DNA of 64,000 nt from Gammaproteobacteria bacterium (GCA_965277715.1 OZ255836.1:1344001-1408000), one strand, 5' to 3'; shown: positions 19,803-28,685, counted from the first letter of the stretch. The notes: generated from the letters alone by a model not told the origin. Numbers and translations are program-made.

Positions 19803-21197
19803 ATGCCCACACATCATTTAGCCGTTACCTGGCGTGAAATCCTTACCCGCGAATACGCCGCAAAAATCATCACGCTGTGCATGGCGGTTTGGCTACACGC
19901 AGCAAACTCGATGCTCACCGCGACCACTATGCCCAGCGCGGTCGAGGAAATTGGTGGGCTGAATTTAATCAGTTGGACATTTGCGCTGTATTTGATGGGT
20001 TCTATCTGTGCGGGGGCAAGTGCCAGTCTGCTGGTACAAAAACGCGGCCTGCGCACCACGATGATTCGCGCCGCATTGCTCTATACGCTTGGTTGTGGGG
20101 TCTGTGCGCTGGCCCCCAATATGCCTGTTGTACTGATTGGGCGAATTTTACAAGGACTGGGCGGTGGCGGCCTGGTGGCACTGGTATATATTTCACAAGA
20201 CCGTTTTTTCCCCAACCGTTTTGTACCCAAAATCGTCGCGTGTATCTCGGTAGTGTGGATGCTTTCATCATTCTGTGGGCCGGTAATTGGTGGGGCTTTT
20301 GCCACCTGGGGCCTATGGCGCTATGCCTATTGGGCGTTTGCATTGCAGGCACTGCTATTGGCCCTGGCTATTCGTTATTTACTCAGGCATGAAGCAAAGC
20401 CCGAAATGGGCAATCCAACAGCGCGTATACCATTTGTCCGTTTGTCTTTCCTGGCGACAGCGATTCTGCTGGTATCGATGGCCAGCGCAGATTTCGACCC
20501 AGTTACATCGCCCCTGATGGTTCTATTGGGTTGTGTTGCACTCTGTTTCTTTGTTTTGCGGGACAAAAAGGCAACGGTAGGCCGCATGCTGCCCAGCAAT
20601 GTCACCGATCTCTCACAGGCACTTGGCAACGGCATTCTCACCACCCTATTGCTGTGCCTGTGCATCATGTCGTTTCTCGTTTACGGCCCTCTGATTTTAA
20701 TCAAGCTCTATGCGTTAACGCCACTGACAGCGGGGTTTATCGTTATGCTCGAATCGATTGCCTGGGGTTGTGCCAGTATTATCTTCTCCGGCACCCGCGC
20801 AGAAAATGAACCCCGGTTGATCCGTGTGGGCAGCAGTATGGTGGTGTTTGGCCTGATGGGCATGTCCATCGCACTACCGCATGGCCCTGTGTGGGCAATC
20901 ATCGGCGCATTAATTATCGGCAACAGTGGTTTTGGCATGATGTGGGGGTTTATTATCAAACGTATTATCGGTGCGGCCAGTACAGACGATAAAGACCGTA
21001 CCTCCTCGGCGATACCCATTACTCAACAAGTGGGGTTTGCATTGGGCGCAGCACTTAGTGGTTTACTTGCAAACGGTCTCGGGTTCAGTGAATCATCCAG
21101 CGCGCAGGCGGTGAGTGTTATTGCGTTTTGGTTGTTTGCCGGATTTGTGCCGGTAGCACTTATCGCTAACGGAATAGCGTGGCGGTTTACCCGTTAA
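19803..21197 (+). CDS. MFS transporter (14-TM DHA2-like)
   Basis: Many TM segments, GRILQGLGGG, GPVIGG motifs. Confidence 0.9.
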   Translation: MPTHHLAVTWREILTREYAAKIITLCMAVWLHAANSMLTATTMPSAVEEIGGLNLISWTFALYLMGSICAGASASLLVQKRGLRTTMIRAALLYTLGCGVCALAPNMPVVLIGRILQGLGGGGLVALVYISQDRFFPNRFVPKIVACISVVWMLSSFCGPVIGGAFATWGLWRYAYWAFALQALLLALAIRYLLRHEAKPEMGNPTARIPFVRLSFLATAILLVSMASADFDPVTSPLMVLLGCVALCFFVLRDKKATVGRMLPSNVTDLSQALGNGILTTLLLCLCIMSFLVYGPLILIKLYALTPLTAGFIVMLESIAWGCASIIFSGTRAENEPRLIRVGSSMVVFGLMGMSIALPHGPVWAIIGALIIGNSGFGMMWGFIIKRIIGAASTDDKDRTSSAIPITQQVGFALGAALSGLLANGLGFSESSSAQAVSVIAFWLFAGFVPVALIANGIAWRFTR

Positions 21198-21269
21198 TTC
21201 GAGCGAAATTTAATCATTAAGCCTATTGCCGAAATATAACCACCTAAACCCGACAGGCTCCTGATATGC

Positions 21270-21439
21270 GGCTCTTCCCCGGTTTGTGTGAGGTTATAGT
21301 ATTTCATCCCCCTTTGCTTATTGAGAGAATCTGATGTTATCCAGCCTTGAAGAACACTACAGTCAGCTCCTTGGTCTGACAGATGACGGGTCGGTGGCAT
21401 CAGTTGATTTAGACCCATCAGGGTTAAAAGTATCCATTT
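21270..21439 (+). mobile_element. ISL3-family left-end fragment
   Basis: ggctcttccccggtttgtgtgaggttatag end plus first ~35 transposase codons, highly similar to 22540-22708. Confidence 0.85.
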
Positions 21440-22503
21440 ATTCCAATCTCGCCAGCCCCGCAGTCTACACCCCAGAAAGTGATGCGGTGTCACCACTGCT
21501 TGCTATCACACCGGCAACACTGGTGATTAACAGCATTGTCTCGGACAACGCTATAGGTGGTAAAAACACGCTGGAATTCCACTACCAGGGCTATAAAACC
21601 CACCGTGAAGATGGTGCTGTTGGTTACCACAAGATAGAGAAACGCAATCTCACCAGCGGCCTCACTACCTTGACCGAGTACAGCACCGATGAGCTGCTAA
21701 AAGGCACACCAGTGCGCGTGACCCAGCATTCTAACGGCCAGCTGATAAGCGAAACCGCCTCCACTCACGAAGAAATAACCGACCCACTTACCGGTCGGGA
21801 GCGCGCTCGTGTTAGCTATTCTGTAGAGCACGATTACGCACTCGATGGCAACCTGATAAAAACCGAGGAAACCCACTACCACGCATACAACGCTTTCGAC
21901 CAGCTGCTGCGCTTGGAAACGGTTACCCGTGGTGCTGATGGTATCGAGTATCGCCAGCTTACTGAGAGTAGCTACCTCAACGACGAGGCCGAGTGGGTAC
22001 TGGCCAAACCCTTAATAATAGAAGCTACCCACTCCGTGCCAGGTGACACCAAAAAACGCGCCACCGCGTTCAGCTACTACCCCAACGGCGCCCTGCGCAC
22101 TGAAACCATACAGCCCGGTCACCCATTGGCCCTGGAAAGTACCTTTAGCTATAACACCGAAGGTAATCTCACACAGCCCCTCATCATCACAGAATGCTGG
22201 TAGCAGAGGTTTCTTAGTAGGCTCTTCGGTCCAAGGCAACCCATAAGATATGAGGTTTCAATAAATATTAGTATGAATGTAGAAGACTCTACCTTTATTG
22301 ATGTTAATTCAAAGAGTTTTTCCCCCAGCCTTACAAGAGTACTGGCTCATGAGCTTGGCCATGTTTATATTTTATCAAAATATGGTTTTGTGGGATTTTC
22401 TGCAAATTACCACGGAGCTATAACATATGAAAATAAAATTGCGAGTCAGTTAGATCCGCAAGCTCCGATTAGGCATCCATCACTTGGGCACGAAAGGTTC
22501 TGA
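21440..22503 (+). pseudogene. Rhs/YD-repeat toxin remnant (TcdB-midN-like segment, YD repeats) with C-terminal HExxH zincin domain
   Basis: DNAIGGKNTLEFHYQG, YNAFDQL, FSYYPNGAL, FSYNTEGNL; frame continues past TAG 22201-22203 into VLAHELGH (ORF 22273-22503). Confidence 0.7.
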
Positions 22504-22504
22504 T

Positions 22505-22539
22505 ATGGTATTACCTAAGCTATGGGGGTGTATTTTTTT
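22505..22539 (+). pseudogene. 5' part (MVLPKLWGCIF) of IS-split membrane protein, probable immunity gene
   Basis: ATG right after the toxin stop; ends in attttttt against the IS end; joins in frame with 27456-27764. Confidence 0.6.
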
Positions 22540-23836
22540 GGTTCTTCCCCGGTTTGTGTGAGGTTATAGTATTTCATCCCCCTTTGCTATTGAGAGACTT
22601 TGGTGCTATCGAGCCTTGAAGAACACTACAGCCAGCTCATAGGCCTGACAGATGACTGGTCAGTGGTGTCAGTTGATTTAGACCCTTCAGGGTTAAAAGT
22701 ATCCATTTCGTTGGCGTTTAGCGGCAACCACGGCCCTTGTTCGCACTGTGGCGAAGTGAGTCTGCTCTATGATCACCGTTCACAAGAGCGATCCTGGAGA
22801 CACCTGGATACTATGCAGTTTGAAACGCGCCTACACAGTCGCATTCCCCGAGTAAATTGTCTGGAGCATGGTGTTAAAAGTATGGCGTTACCCTGGGCAA
22901 GCAAGCGCAGTCGTTTTACGTTGTTGTTTGAATTATTTTCTATCAGGGTGTTGCAAGCCTCACGTAGTGTCGAAGAGGCGCGTAAGTTACTGGGGCTTAG
23001 CTGGAACGCAGTGGAAGCCATCAAAGTCCGCGCTGTCGAACGGGGACTTTCGCGTCGGGAATTGGTGACAATTGAGTGTCTGGGTGTTGATGAGAAGTCC
23101 CACCGTAAAGGGCATGACTATGTGACGCTCATCAATGATATCGATGGAGGGCGAGTATTGGATGGAGTGAAAGATCACACCCAGGAAGCTTGTGAGGAGG
23201 CGTTGGAGGTTGCGCTGACGGATAACCAGCGAGAACAGGTGAAAGCTGTCGCGATTGATAGGTGGCCTGCGTTCATTAATGCTGTTGAGGTAAAACTGTC
23301 AGACAGTGCGATTGTTCACGACCGTTTTCATATTAGCCAACACCTGAATAAGGATGAACATAGAGACCTTTTGTCACAGGGCGATACCCGGTTGAAAAAG
23401 AGTCGTTATCACTGGTTAAAAAACGAAGAAAGTTTGTCTGACAAAGCAGCCGAGCACTTTGAATCACTCAAGCATGATCAGTTATTGACAGCCCGAGCTT
23501 GGGCGATAAAAGAACTGTTTCGTGATTTCTGGATGTATAAGACAGCGGGTTGGGCAAAGCGTTTCTTTGACGAGTGGTATTCATGGGCAATTCGGTGCTG
23601 ATTGGACAGCATAAAAAAAGTGGCCAAGATGATAAAAACGCACATGCCGAACATATTGACATGGTTTAAGCACACAATAAGTAATGCCGTGTCAGAGGGT
23701 TTGAATTCAAAAATTCAGACAGTCAAATCGAATGCAAGAGGGTTTCGTTCGTTTGAAAGTTACCGGCGGAGTATTTTGTTTTACTGCGGAAAGCTGGATA
23801 TGGAACCAGTGGCTTCACAATAATCGGGGAAGAACC
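22540..23836 (+). mobile_element. ISL3-family IS (~1.3 kb) with inactivated transposase
   Basis: Terminal IRs ggttcttccccg / cggggaagaacc; transposase 22600-23823 (CSHC, WRHLD, LGVDEK, DRFH, SEGLNSKIQ) with in-frame TGA at 23599 where the 27765 copy has CGA. Confidence 0.92.
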
Positions 23837-24063
23837 CATAAAAAAAGTGGCCAAGATGATAAAAACGCACATGCCGAACATATTGACATGGTTTAAGCAC
23901 ACAATAAGTAATGCCGTGTCAGAGGGTTTGAATTCAAAAATTCAGACAGTCAAATCGAATGCAAGAGGGTTTCGTTCGTTTGAAAGTTACCGGTGGAGTA
24001 TTTTGTTTTGCTGCGGAAAGCTGGATAGGGAACCAGTGGCTTCACAATAATCGGGGAAGAACC
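23837..24063 (+). mobile_element. Second ISL3 right-end fragment in tandem (227 bp)
   Basis: Near-identical to 23610-23836 with at least 3 substitutions; ends cggggaagaacc. Confidence 0.88.
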
Positions 24064-24075
24064 GCTTTGTTATAC
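24064..24075 (-). other. Truncated attC of cassette 5 (R'' only), cut by ISL3 end
   Basis: Minus strand GTATAAC AAAGC then IS IR; GTATAAC complements the GTTATAC that opens this cassette. Confidence 0.7.
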
Positions 24076-24381
24076 GCTACCCTCTGACTCTACAACTAGA
24101 ATTCTAGCCTCCCCCTTTGGGCGAGCCACGTGTTCAGTACCTACCGATGCAAAAAATATATCTCCTACATTTAATGTGGTAGATTTTTCAATACCATTCT
24201 CTTGATAAAACATCACAACGATGCCATCTAAAACAACAAATACTTCTTCTCCATCGTTAATGTGCCATTTATAGGGTTGGTCCGTCCAATGCAACTTAGT
24301 CGTAATTCCATTCATATTGGAGATATCTTTTGCACCCCAAGCACGATCAGATTTGAAGTCTTTACTTCTAATTATTTCCAC
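24070..24381 (-). CDS. Integron cassette 5: cupin domain protein
   Basis: WHINDGEEVFVVLDG...GDIFFASVGTEHVA cupin motifs. Confidence 0.88.
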   Translation of the reverse strand: MEIIRSKDFKSDRAWGAKDISNMNGITTKLHWTDQPYKWHINDGEEVFVVLDGIVVMFYQENGIEKSTTLNVGDIFFASVGTEHVARPKGEARILVVESEGSV

Positions 24382-24420
24382 TATTCTTCCAGTTGTAGCC
24401 TAAAGCCTAAATTAAAGTAC

Positions 24421-24519
24421 GTATAACACCGCCATAAACGGATGCAGAAGCATCGCGTAGGCAGTCCGGTGGAAGCCACGTTTTTTGTGGCCGGAACGTA
24501 TTTAATGGCCTTGTTACAA
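24421..24519 (-). other. attC site (99 bp), cassette 4
   Basis: Minus strand TTGTAAC AAGGCCATTAAATACG...CGTTTATGGCGGT GTTATAC imperfect palindrome. Confidence 0.9.
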
Positions 24520-24951
24520 GACACTTGCCACGAACTCATATTTACCTATACCTGTTAATGATATTTTAAATTTGTGCTGAGTTAATTCATATGTATGAGT
24601 TGCCTCAAGCTCAACACCATTACATTTCCAGCCTCCAACACAGGCTGGAAGATTGAACGCGTAAAGCGGATTATCGTTTAGCTGTTTAATTTCGATAGTG
24701 CGAATAACTCTAGGCGCTTCCATGTCTGAACCATGTACTACCCACTGTATATAAAGCTTTGATTTGTAGTGCTCGTAGCCGCCACCGGCCACAAGAAAGC
24801 GATAGAAACCTTCTTTTTCTTCGTGTTGCCAAGCACCCCCACTCCACATATGGCGCATATCTGTATTAAGCACTGAGAACTCTTTATCAAGTTTTTCCCA
24901 ACCATGAGCCGAAAAAGATATTAGAGCTATGACGACAAATAAAATTTTCAT
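24514..24951 (-). CDS. Integron cassette 4: secreted hypothetical protein
   Basis: MKILFVVIALISFSAHG signal peptide; stop codon lies inside R''. Confidence 0.8.
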   Translation of the reverse strand: MKILFVVIALISFSAHGWEKLDKEFSVLNTDMRHMWSGGAWQHEEKEGFYRFLVAGGGYEHYKSKLYIQWVVHGSDMEAPRVIRTIEIKQLNDNPLYAFNLPACVGGWKCNGVELEATHTYELTQHKFKISLTGIGKYEFVASVL

Positions 24952-24957
24952 GGTGCC

Positions 24958-25038
24958 TTGTAACGCCCACATAAAAGGCGAGCGTTAGCGAGTCCAGCCC
25001 ACGCTTTTTGTGGGCGATTTTTAATGTGCTTGTTATGT
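24958..25038 (-). other. attC site (81 bp), cassette 3
   Basis: Minus strand ACATAAC AAGCACATTAAAAA...TTTTATGTGGGC GTTACAA. Confidence 0.9.
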
Positions 25039-25039
25039 T

Positions 25040-25429
25040 TTACTTCCAAAAGTGCCACCATTTTTTATGGCTTATAAAAGCGGCTTTTCTCTCAGTATTT
25101 AAAATTATCTCCCCGCTATCTGACACCACATAATCTGAAACATCAGGGTGTAGCCTTTTCAGTATTTCTTTATTTTTACCTGCATACCTTACGGCATTGA
25201 CACAACAAACTTCTGTTGCTCCGATAGCTTGCTCTATTTCTTCTTGGGTTTTAGGTTGGCGTATGAAATAAGTATCGTAATTATCATCAGTCAACTGAGC
25301 CATTAAATCAGGAGCCTCACTTTCTGGCAAATCACAAGCTAAACAATCTCCACACCACTCGCCATTACTATCTTTCGTACCAGTAGTATAAAAATCGCCT
25401 TCTACATTTTTGGGGAATCGATCTAGCAT
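25040..25429 (-). CDS. Integron cassette 3: ferredoxin-like protein
   Basis: GDFY...CGDCLACDLP..APDL...RQP...EVCCVNAVRY, resembling a single-cluster ferredoxin; KKWWHFWK tail. Confidence 0.7.
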   Translation of the reverse strand: MLDRFPKNVEGDFYTTGTKDSNGEWCGDCLACDLPESEAPDLMAQLTDDNYDTYFIRQPKTQEEIEQAIGATEVCCVNAVRYAGKNKEILKRLHPDVSDYVVSDSGEIILNTERKAAFISHKKWWHFWK

Positions 25430-25446
25430 ATTCTAGTGCTCAATAA

Positions 25447-25527
25447 ACATAACGCCCAGGTAATGGGCAGATGGAAGCAAAGCTTACAGCTGTCCAGCCG
25501 CAGGCGTCATTGACCGCCTTGTTATGT
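25447..25527 (-). other. attC site (81 bp), cassette 2
   Basis: Minus strand ACATAAC AAGGCGGTCAATG...CATTACCTGGGC GTTATGT. Confidence 0.9.
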
Positions 25528-25531
25528 GATT

Positions 25532-25882
25532 TCACACTGGCCTCCAACAACCCTCTCCTACAGAAGTAGCGGATTTGATATTTTCCGACTGTGGATCAAT
25601 TTCAAGTTTAACCGTGCAGTGCCACGTCTTATTGGGCTCAGTAAAGAGAAATTCTCTGGTTTGGTATTCGATTTCGTAAGTATAAATTTTGTTTCCGCTC
25701 ACAAGTTCTTGAGTATCATTGGGTTCAATGTCACGAAGATAACCTAAACGCCATATGTATGCTTCGTTTACATTCTCTCCTAGAAGCCCCTCCAAATCTT
25801 CATCAAAAGTTGTATAAGCGACAGTCATTATCGAGCAACCCGAGACTAGGAGTGATGCTGCAAGACCTAGCAACTTATTCAA
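25532..25882 (-). CDS. Integron cassette 2: putative lipoprotein
   Basis: TTG start, NKLLGLAASLLVSGC lipobox; the longer ORF-track start crosses an attC. Confidence 0.75.
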   Translation of the reverse strand: MNKLLGLAASLLVSGCSIMTVAYTTFDEDLEGLLGENVNEAYIWRLGYLRDIEPNDTQELVSGNKIYTYEIEYQTREFLFTEPNKTWHCTVKLEIDPQSENIKSATSVGEGCWRPV

Positions 25883-25909
25883 TTCATATTCCTCTGATCT
25901 GAGTCTTTC

Positions 25910-25958
25910 ACATAACGCCGCATTCACCGGCGAAGTCCGGTGCAATGCATTGTTATGC
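25910..25958 (-). other. attC site, unusually short (49 bp), cassette 1
   Basis: Minus strand GCATAAC AATGC ATTGCACC GGACTTCGCC GGTGAAT GCGGC GTTATGT. Confidence 0.85.
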
Positions 25959-25967
25959 GATTGGCTA

Positions 25968-26870
25968 TCACCATCCCATATGATAATAAGCCCATATGCG
26001 CTCAATATTCATTGGGAGCCATTCTTTGTAGTATTGCCAGTTTTCATACTTAGGAAGCTTAACGGTTTTTCTTAATGCATCAGGGCTGTGAGTTCCTGAA
26101 TCCATTGCTTTTTTTACAGCTGCCATCAAATCTTCTAAATATATGCGTTGCTCTGCAACAATTGAGGCAGGATCTATTGCAGGTTGATTTTCTGGCCCGT
26201 GGCCCGAGATGACATAGTCAAAATCCATCTGCTCTATTTCTTTCAGTGACCTTACCCACTCATCAGGCCAAAAATCGGGCATGCCACGAAAGGCCACTCT
26301 ACGCGGCGTGACAATATCTACCGTAAATAATATCTTCTCTTTCGGAAGCCGCATAACAACCAAGCTTTCACCATGGTTTGGCCCGAAGTAGGATAATTCC
26401 AAAGTTCTACCACCCAGTGTCAATGTGTGTTTGTCTGAAAATGTAATACTTGGCAATGGTATTACTGGACTCGGATGATCGCCCAATTCCTTTAGCAGGT
26501 TTTCATGGCCCACAAATTTTGCACCCTCTGCCTCAAAAATATTCCCACCTGAAATATGATCATGATGATTATGGCTATAAACAACATATTTCACCGGCTT
26601 GTCTGTTACCTTATGAATCTCGTTTCGTAATAATTTTGCCGCCTTGGGGTTCATTGGGTCGGTAACAATAACTCCCTCATCAGTGACAAGAAAAATATTT
26701 CGATAAACCCACCAGCGAAATACATACAACCCATTACCAATGTTTTTTACGCTATGACCAAAGGCCTTCCCGCCCATGGGCTCTTGTATCGGAAATTTAG
26801 GAGTTGCAGTGGCTAATGTCGAAATTAGCAACCCAGCCACTAACATTGAAAGCATATAAATTTTCTTCAT
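25968..26870 (-). CDS. Integron cassette 1: secreted metallo-beta-lactamase-fold hydrolase
   Basis: Signal peptide; SHNHHDHISG, GPNHG, TVDIV, ISGHG metal ligands. Confidence 0.9.
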   Translation of the reverse strand: MKKIYMLSMLVAGLLISTLATATPKFPIQEPMGGKAFGHSVKNIGNGLYVFRWWVYRNIFLVTDEGVIVTDPMNPKAAKLLRNEIHKVTDKPVKYVVYSHNHHDHISGGNIFEAEGAKFVGHENLLKELGDHPSPVIPLPSITFSDKHTLTLGGRTLELSYFGPNHGESLVVMRLPKEKILFTVDIVTPRRVAFRGMPDFWPDEWVRSLKEIEQMDFDYVISGHGPENQPAIDPASIVAEQRIYLEDLMAAVKKAMDSGTHSPDALRKTVKLPKYENWQYYKEWLPMNIERIWAYYHMGW

Positions 26871-26914
26871 TCATTTCTCCAATTCAATTATTAGTACGAT
26901 TCACAACTTATTTT

Positions 26915-26954
26915 GCATAACAGCCTGTTATCGAGGAATGAATCCTCGATAACA
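26915..26954 (-). other. attI site of the integron
   Basis: Minus strand CGATAAC-AGGCT-GTTATGC (L, 5-bp spacer, R); GTTATGC complements GCATAAC of the first attC; lies between intI and cassette 1. Confidence 0.75.
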
Positions 26955-27019
26955 ATATTATGTGGAATCGCGATAATTTCGCGAGACTGAGTTCATAAAG
27001 ACACACTAAAATATTGATT

Positions 27020-27048
27020 AATATGACAAAACCCTACGAAAATCGCAA
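27020..27048 (-). promoter_or_regulatory. Candidate cassette promoter Pc
   Basis: Minus strand TTGCGA-N17-CATATT with TG extended -10, pointing at attI. Confidence 0.4.
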
Positions 27049-27136
27049 ATAACAGACAAAAAAATGCTGGAACGACTCCCTAAACCTTTTGTTTCGTATT
27101 GTCATATAACACTCTCTGCTTTACAAGGATTTATAC

Positions 27137-27463
27137 GTGTACAAGTCGCCCTTTTTGCAGTCTATTTACGAGTTCATGTTGGTGCGGCATTACAGTAAGC
27201 GCACAATCTCGGCTTATATCACCTGGATTCGTTCCTATATTCGTTTCCACCACAACCGACACCCTCAGGAAATGGGAGAGCAAGATGTCGTCCGTTTTTT
27301 GTCGCACTTGGCCATCAACCGCACGGTTGCTATTGCCACGCAGCAGGTGGCGCTGAATGCGCGGGCATTTTTGTACAACCGCTTTCTCGAACAGCCTTTG
27401 GGAGAAATGGTGGAATTTAAACGTGCAAGTCACCAGGCAAAACTGCCCGTGGTGCTTACACAA
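27137..27463 (+). pseudogene. intI: Integron integrase, N-terminal fragment only (catalytic domain lost)
   Basis: KSPFL...HYSKRTISAYITWI...HPQEMG...FLSHLA..RTVAIATQQVALNA..FLY...KLPVVLT; divergent from the cassette array. Confidence 0.9.
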
Positions 27464-27764
27464 GTTGTTCGTGTTCTGTTATTCGATTTCTTGCTATTTC
27501 AAGCAGCTTCCCAAATATAAAACCTAAAAAAAACATATAAATTAAACACACAAAATAGAAGATAAAAATAGAAATAAGAGCAGTTAAGCCACCTCCATGA
27601 CTAGGAGCATGTTGAACAAGAAAAGGTTCGATCATAGTTATAATTGGAGTGTGAATAAAACTCCAACAGTCCAGTAAATAGAAAATATAATTATGCGATT
27701 CATTAACTGTTGAAGAAAACAAAAAAACCAACCCAATTACAATAAAATCTATACTAAAAAAAAT
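27456..27764 (-). pseudogene. 3' part of IS-split AT-rich membrane protein (probable Rhs immunity gene)
   Basis: IFFSIDFIVIGLVFLF... begins at attttttt directly after the ISL3 right end; in frame with 22505-22539. Confidence 0.6.
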
Positions 27765-28083
27765 GGTTCTTCCCCGATTATTGTGAAGCCACTGGTTCCC
27801 TATCCAGCTTTCCGCAGTAAAACAAAATACTCCGCCAGTAGCTTTCAAACGAACGAAATCCTCTTGCATTCGATTTGACTGCCTGAATTTTTGAATTCAA
27901 ACCCTCTGACACGGCATTACTTATGGCGTGTTTAAACCATGTCAAAATGTTCGGCAAGTGCGTTTTTATCATCTTTGCCACTTTCTTTATGCTGTCCAAT
28001 CGGCACCGACTTGCCCACGCATACCATGCGCTAAAGAAACGCTTTACCCAGCCCGCTGTCTTATACGTCCAAAAATCACGAAA
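27765..28083 (-). mobile_element. ISL3 right-end fragment, inverted
   Basis: ggttcttccccgattattgtgaagcc end; encodes the same transposase C-terminus (SEGLNSKIQ). Confidence 0.88.
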
Positions 28084-28091
28084 GTATTAAG

Positions 28092-28685
28092 GTAAGCGCC
28101 CTTAAATCAGCCTCTATTCCAACGCAATGTCCAAAACGACATTCCAAGGCAGCAAGCTCTATCTTCTCTAAAGTATCGGCGCCACCGATATGGTTAAGGA
28201 CGTACAGTATGTACACATAGGGTTCAAGCCTATTGGCTTTGGCCGTTTCGACTAATGAGTAACACGTGGCACTGGCATGGGCGCCTCGGGTCGAGTCGGC
28301 AAACAGCCAAGCTTTTCTACCCACAGCAAAAGGTCTGATAGCATTTTCAGCCAACACATTGCTGATGTGTAACCGACCATCATCGCAGTAACCTGTGAGG
28401 GTATGCCATTGATTCAGTGCATAGTCCATAGCGTTGCGTGTAAGAGACTTTTTAGCCACCTGGGTAATATTTTTATCCAGCCATTGTTTGAAGTCTTCCA
28501 ACACAGGTTGGCTGAGTGCTTGGCGACGTGTTTGTTTTGTTGCGGGTTCCAGCGGCTGTATCTTTTTCTCGATGAGGTAGAGCTTGCGGATTTTGCCGAT
28601 GGCGACATCCGCTTTTGACGCATTGAGCTTTTGGATGTTTGCCTTATCGGCGGCTTTAACGGCTGCAATGAATTAGGGCGTTAAC
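28092..28685 (-). mobile_element. IS66-family remnant (tnpC C-terminal part, frameshifted)
   Basis: AMDYALNQW...DGRLHISNVLAENAIRPFAVGRKAWLF...YSLVETAKAN; GTAAGCG terminal motif at 28092. Confidence 0.85.

Noticed and set aside
21198-21269. attL/attR duplication of the tRNA-Ala 3' end marking an integrative element
   Set aside because: No copy of the tRNA 3' sequence seen at the left boundary and no phage-type integrase
24421-25958. CRISPR-like repeat array
   Set aside because: Repeats are dissimilar palindromes separated by whole genes with GTT/AAC cores, i.e. attC sites; no cas genes present
25883-26005. N-terminal extension of the 157-aa ORF
   Set aside because: Crosses an attC and overlaps the upstream cassette gene; the lipoprotein signal starts at 25882
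25968-26870. Calling cassette 1 a subclass B1 carbapenemase
   Set aside because: Asp rather than Cys at the equivalent ligand position; the fold alone does not show resistance
27049-27136. LexA box controlling intI
   Set aside because: No CTGT-N8-ACAG match seen upstream of the intI fragment
27456-27869. 137-aa ORF as an intact gene
   Set aside because: Its first ~35 codons are read from the ISL3 end; the real 5' part appears to be at 22505-22539
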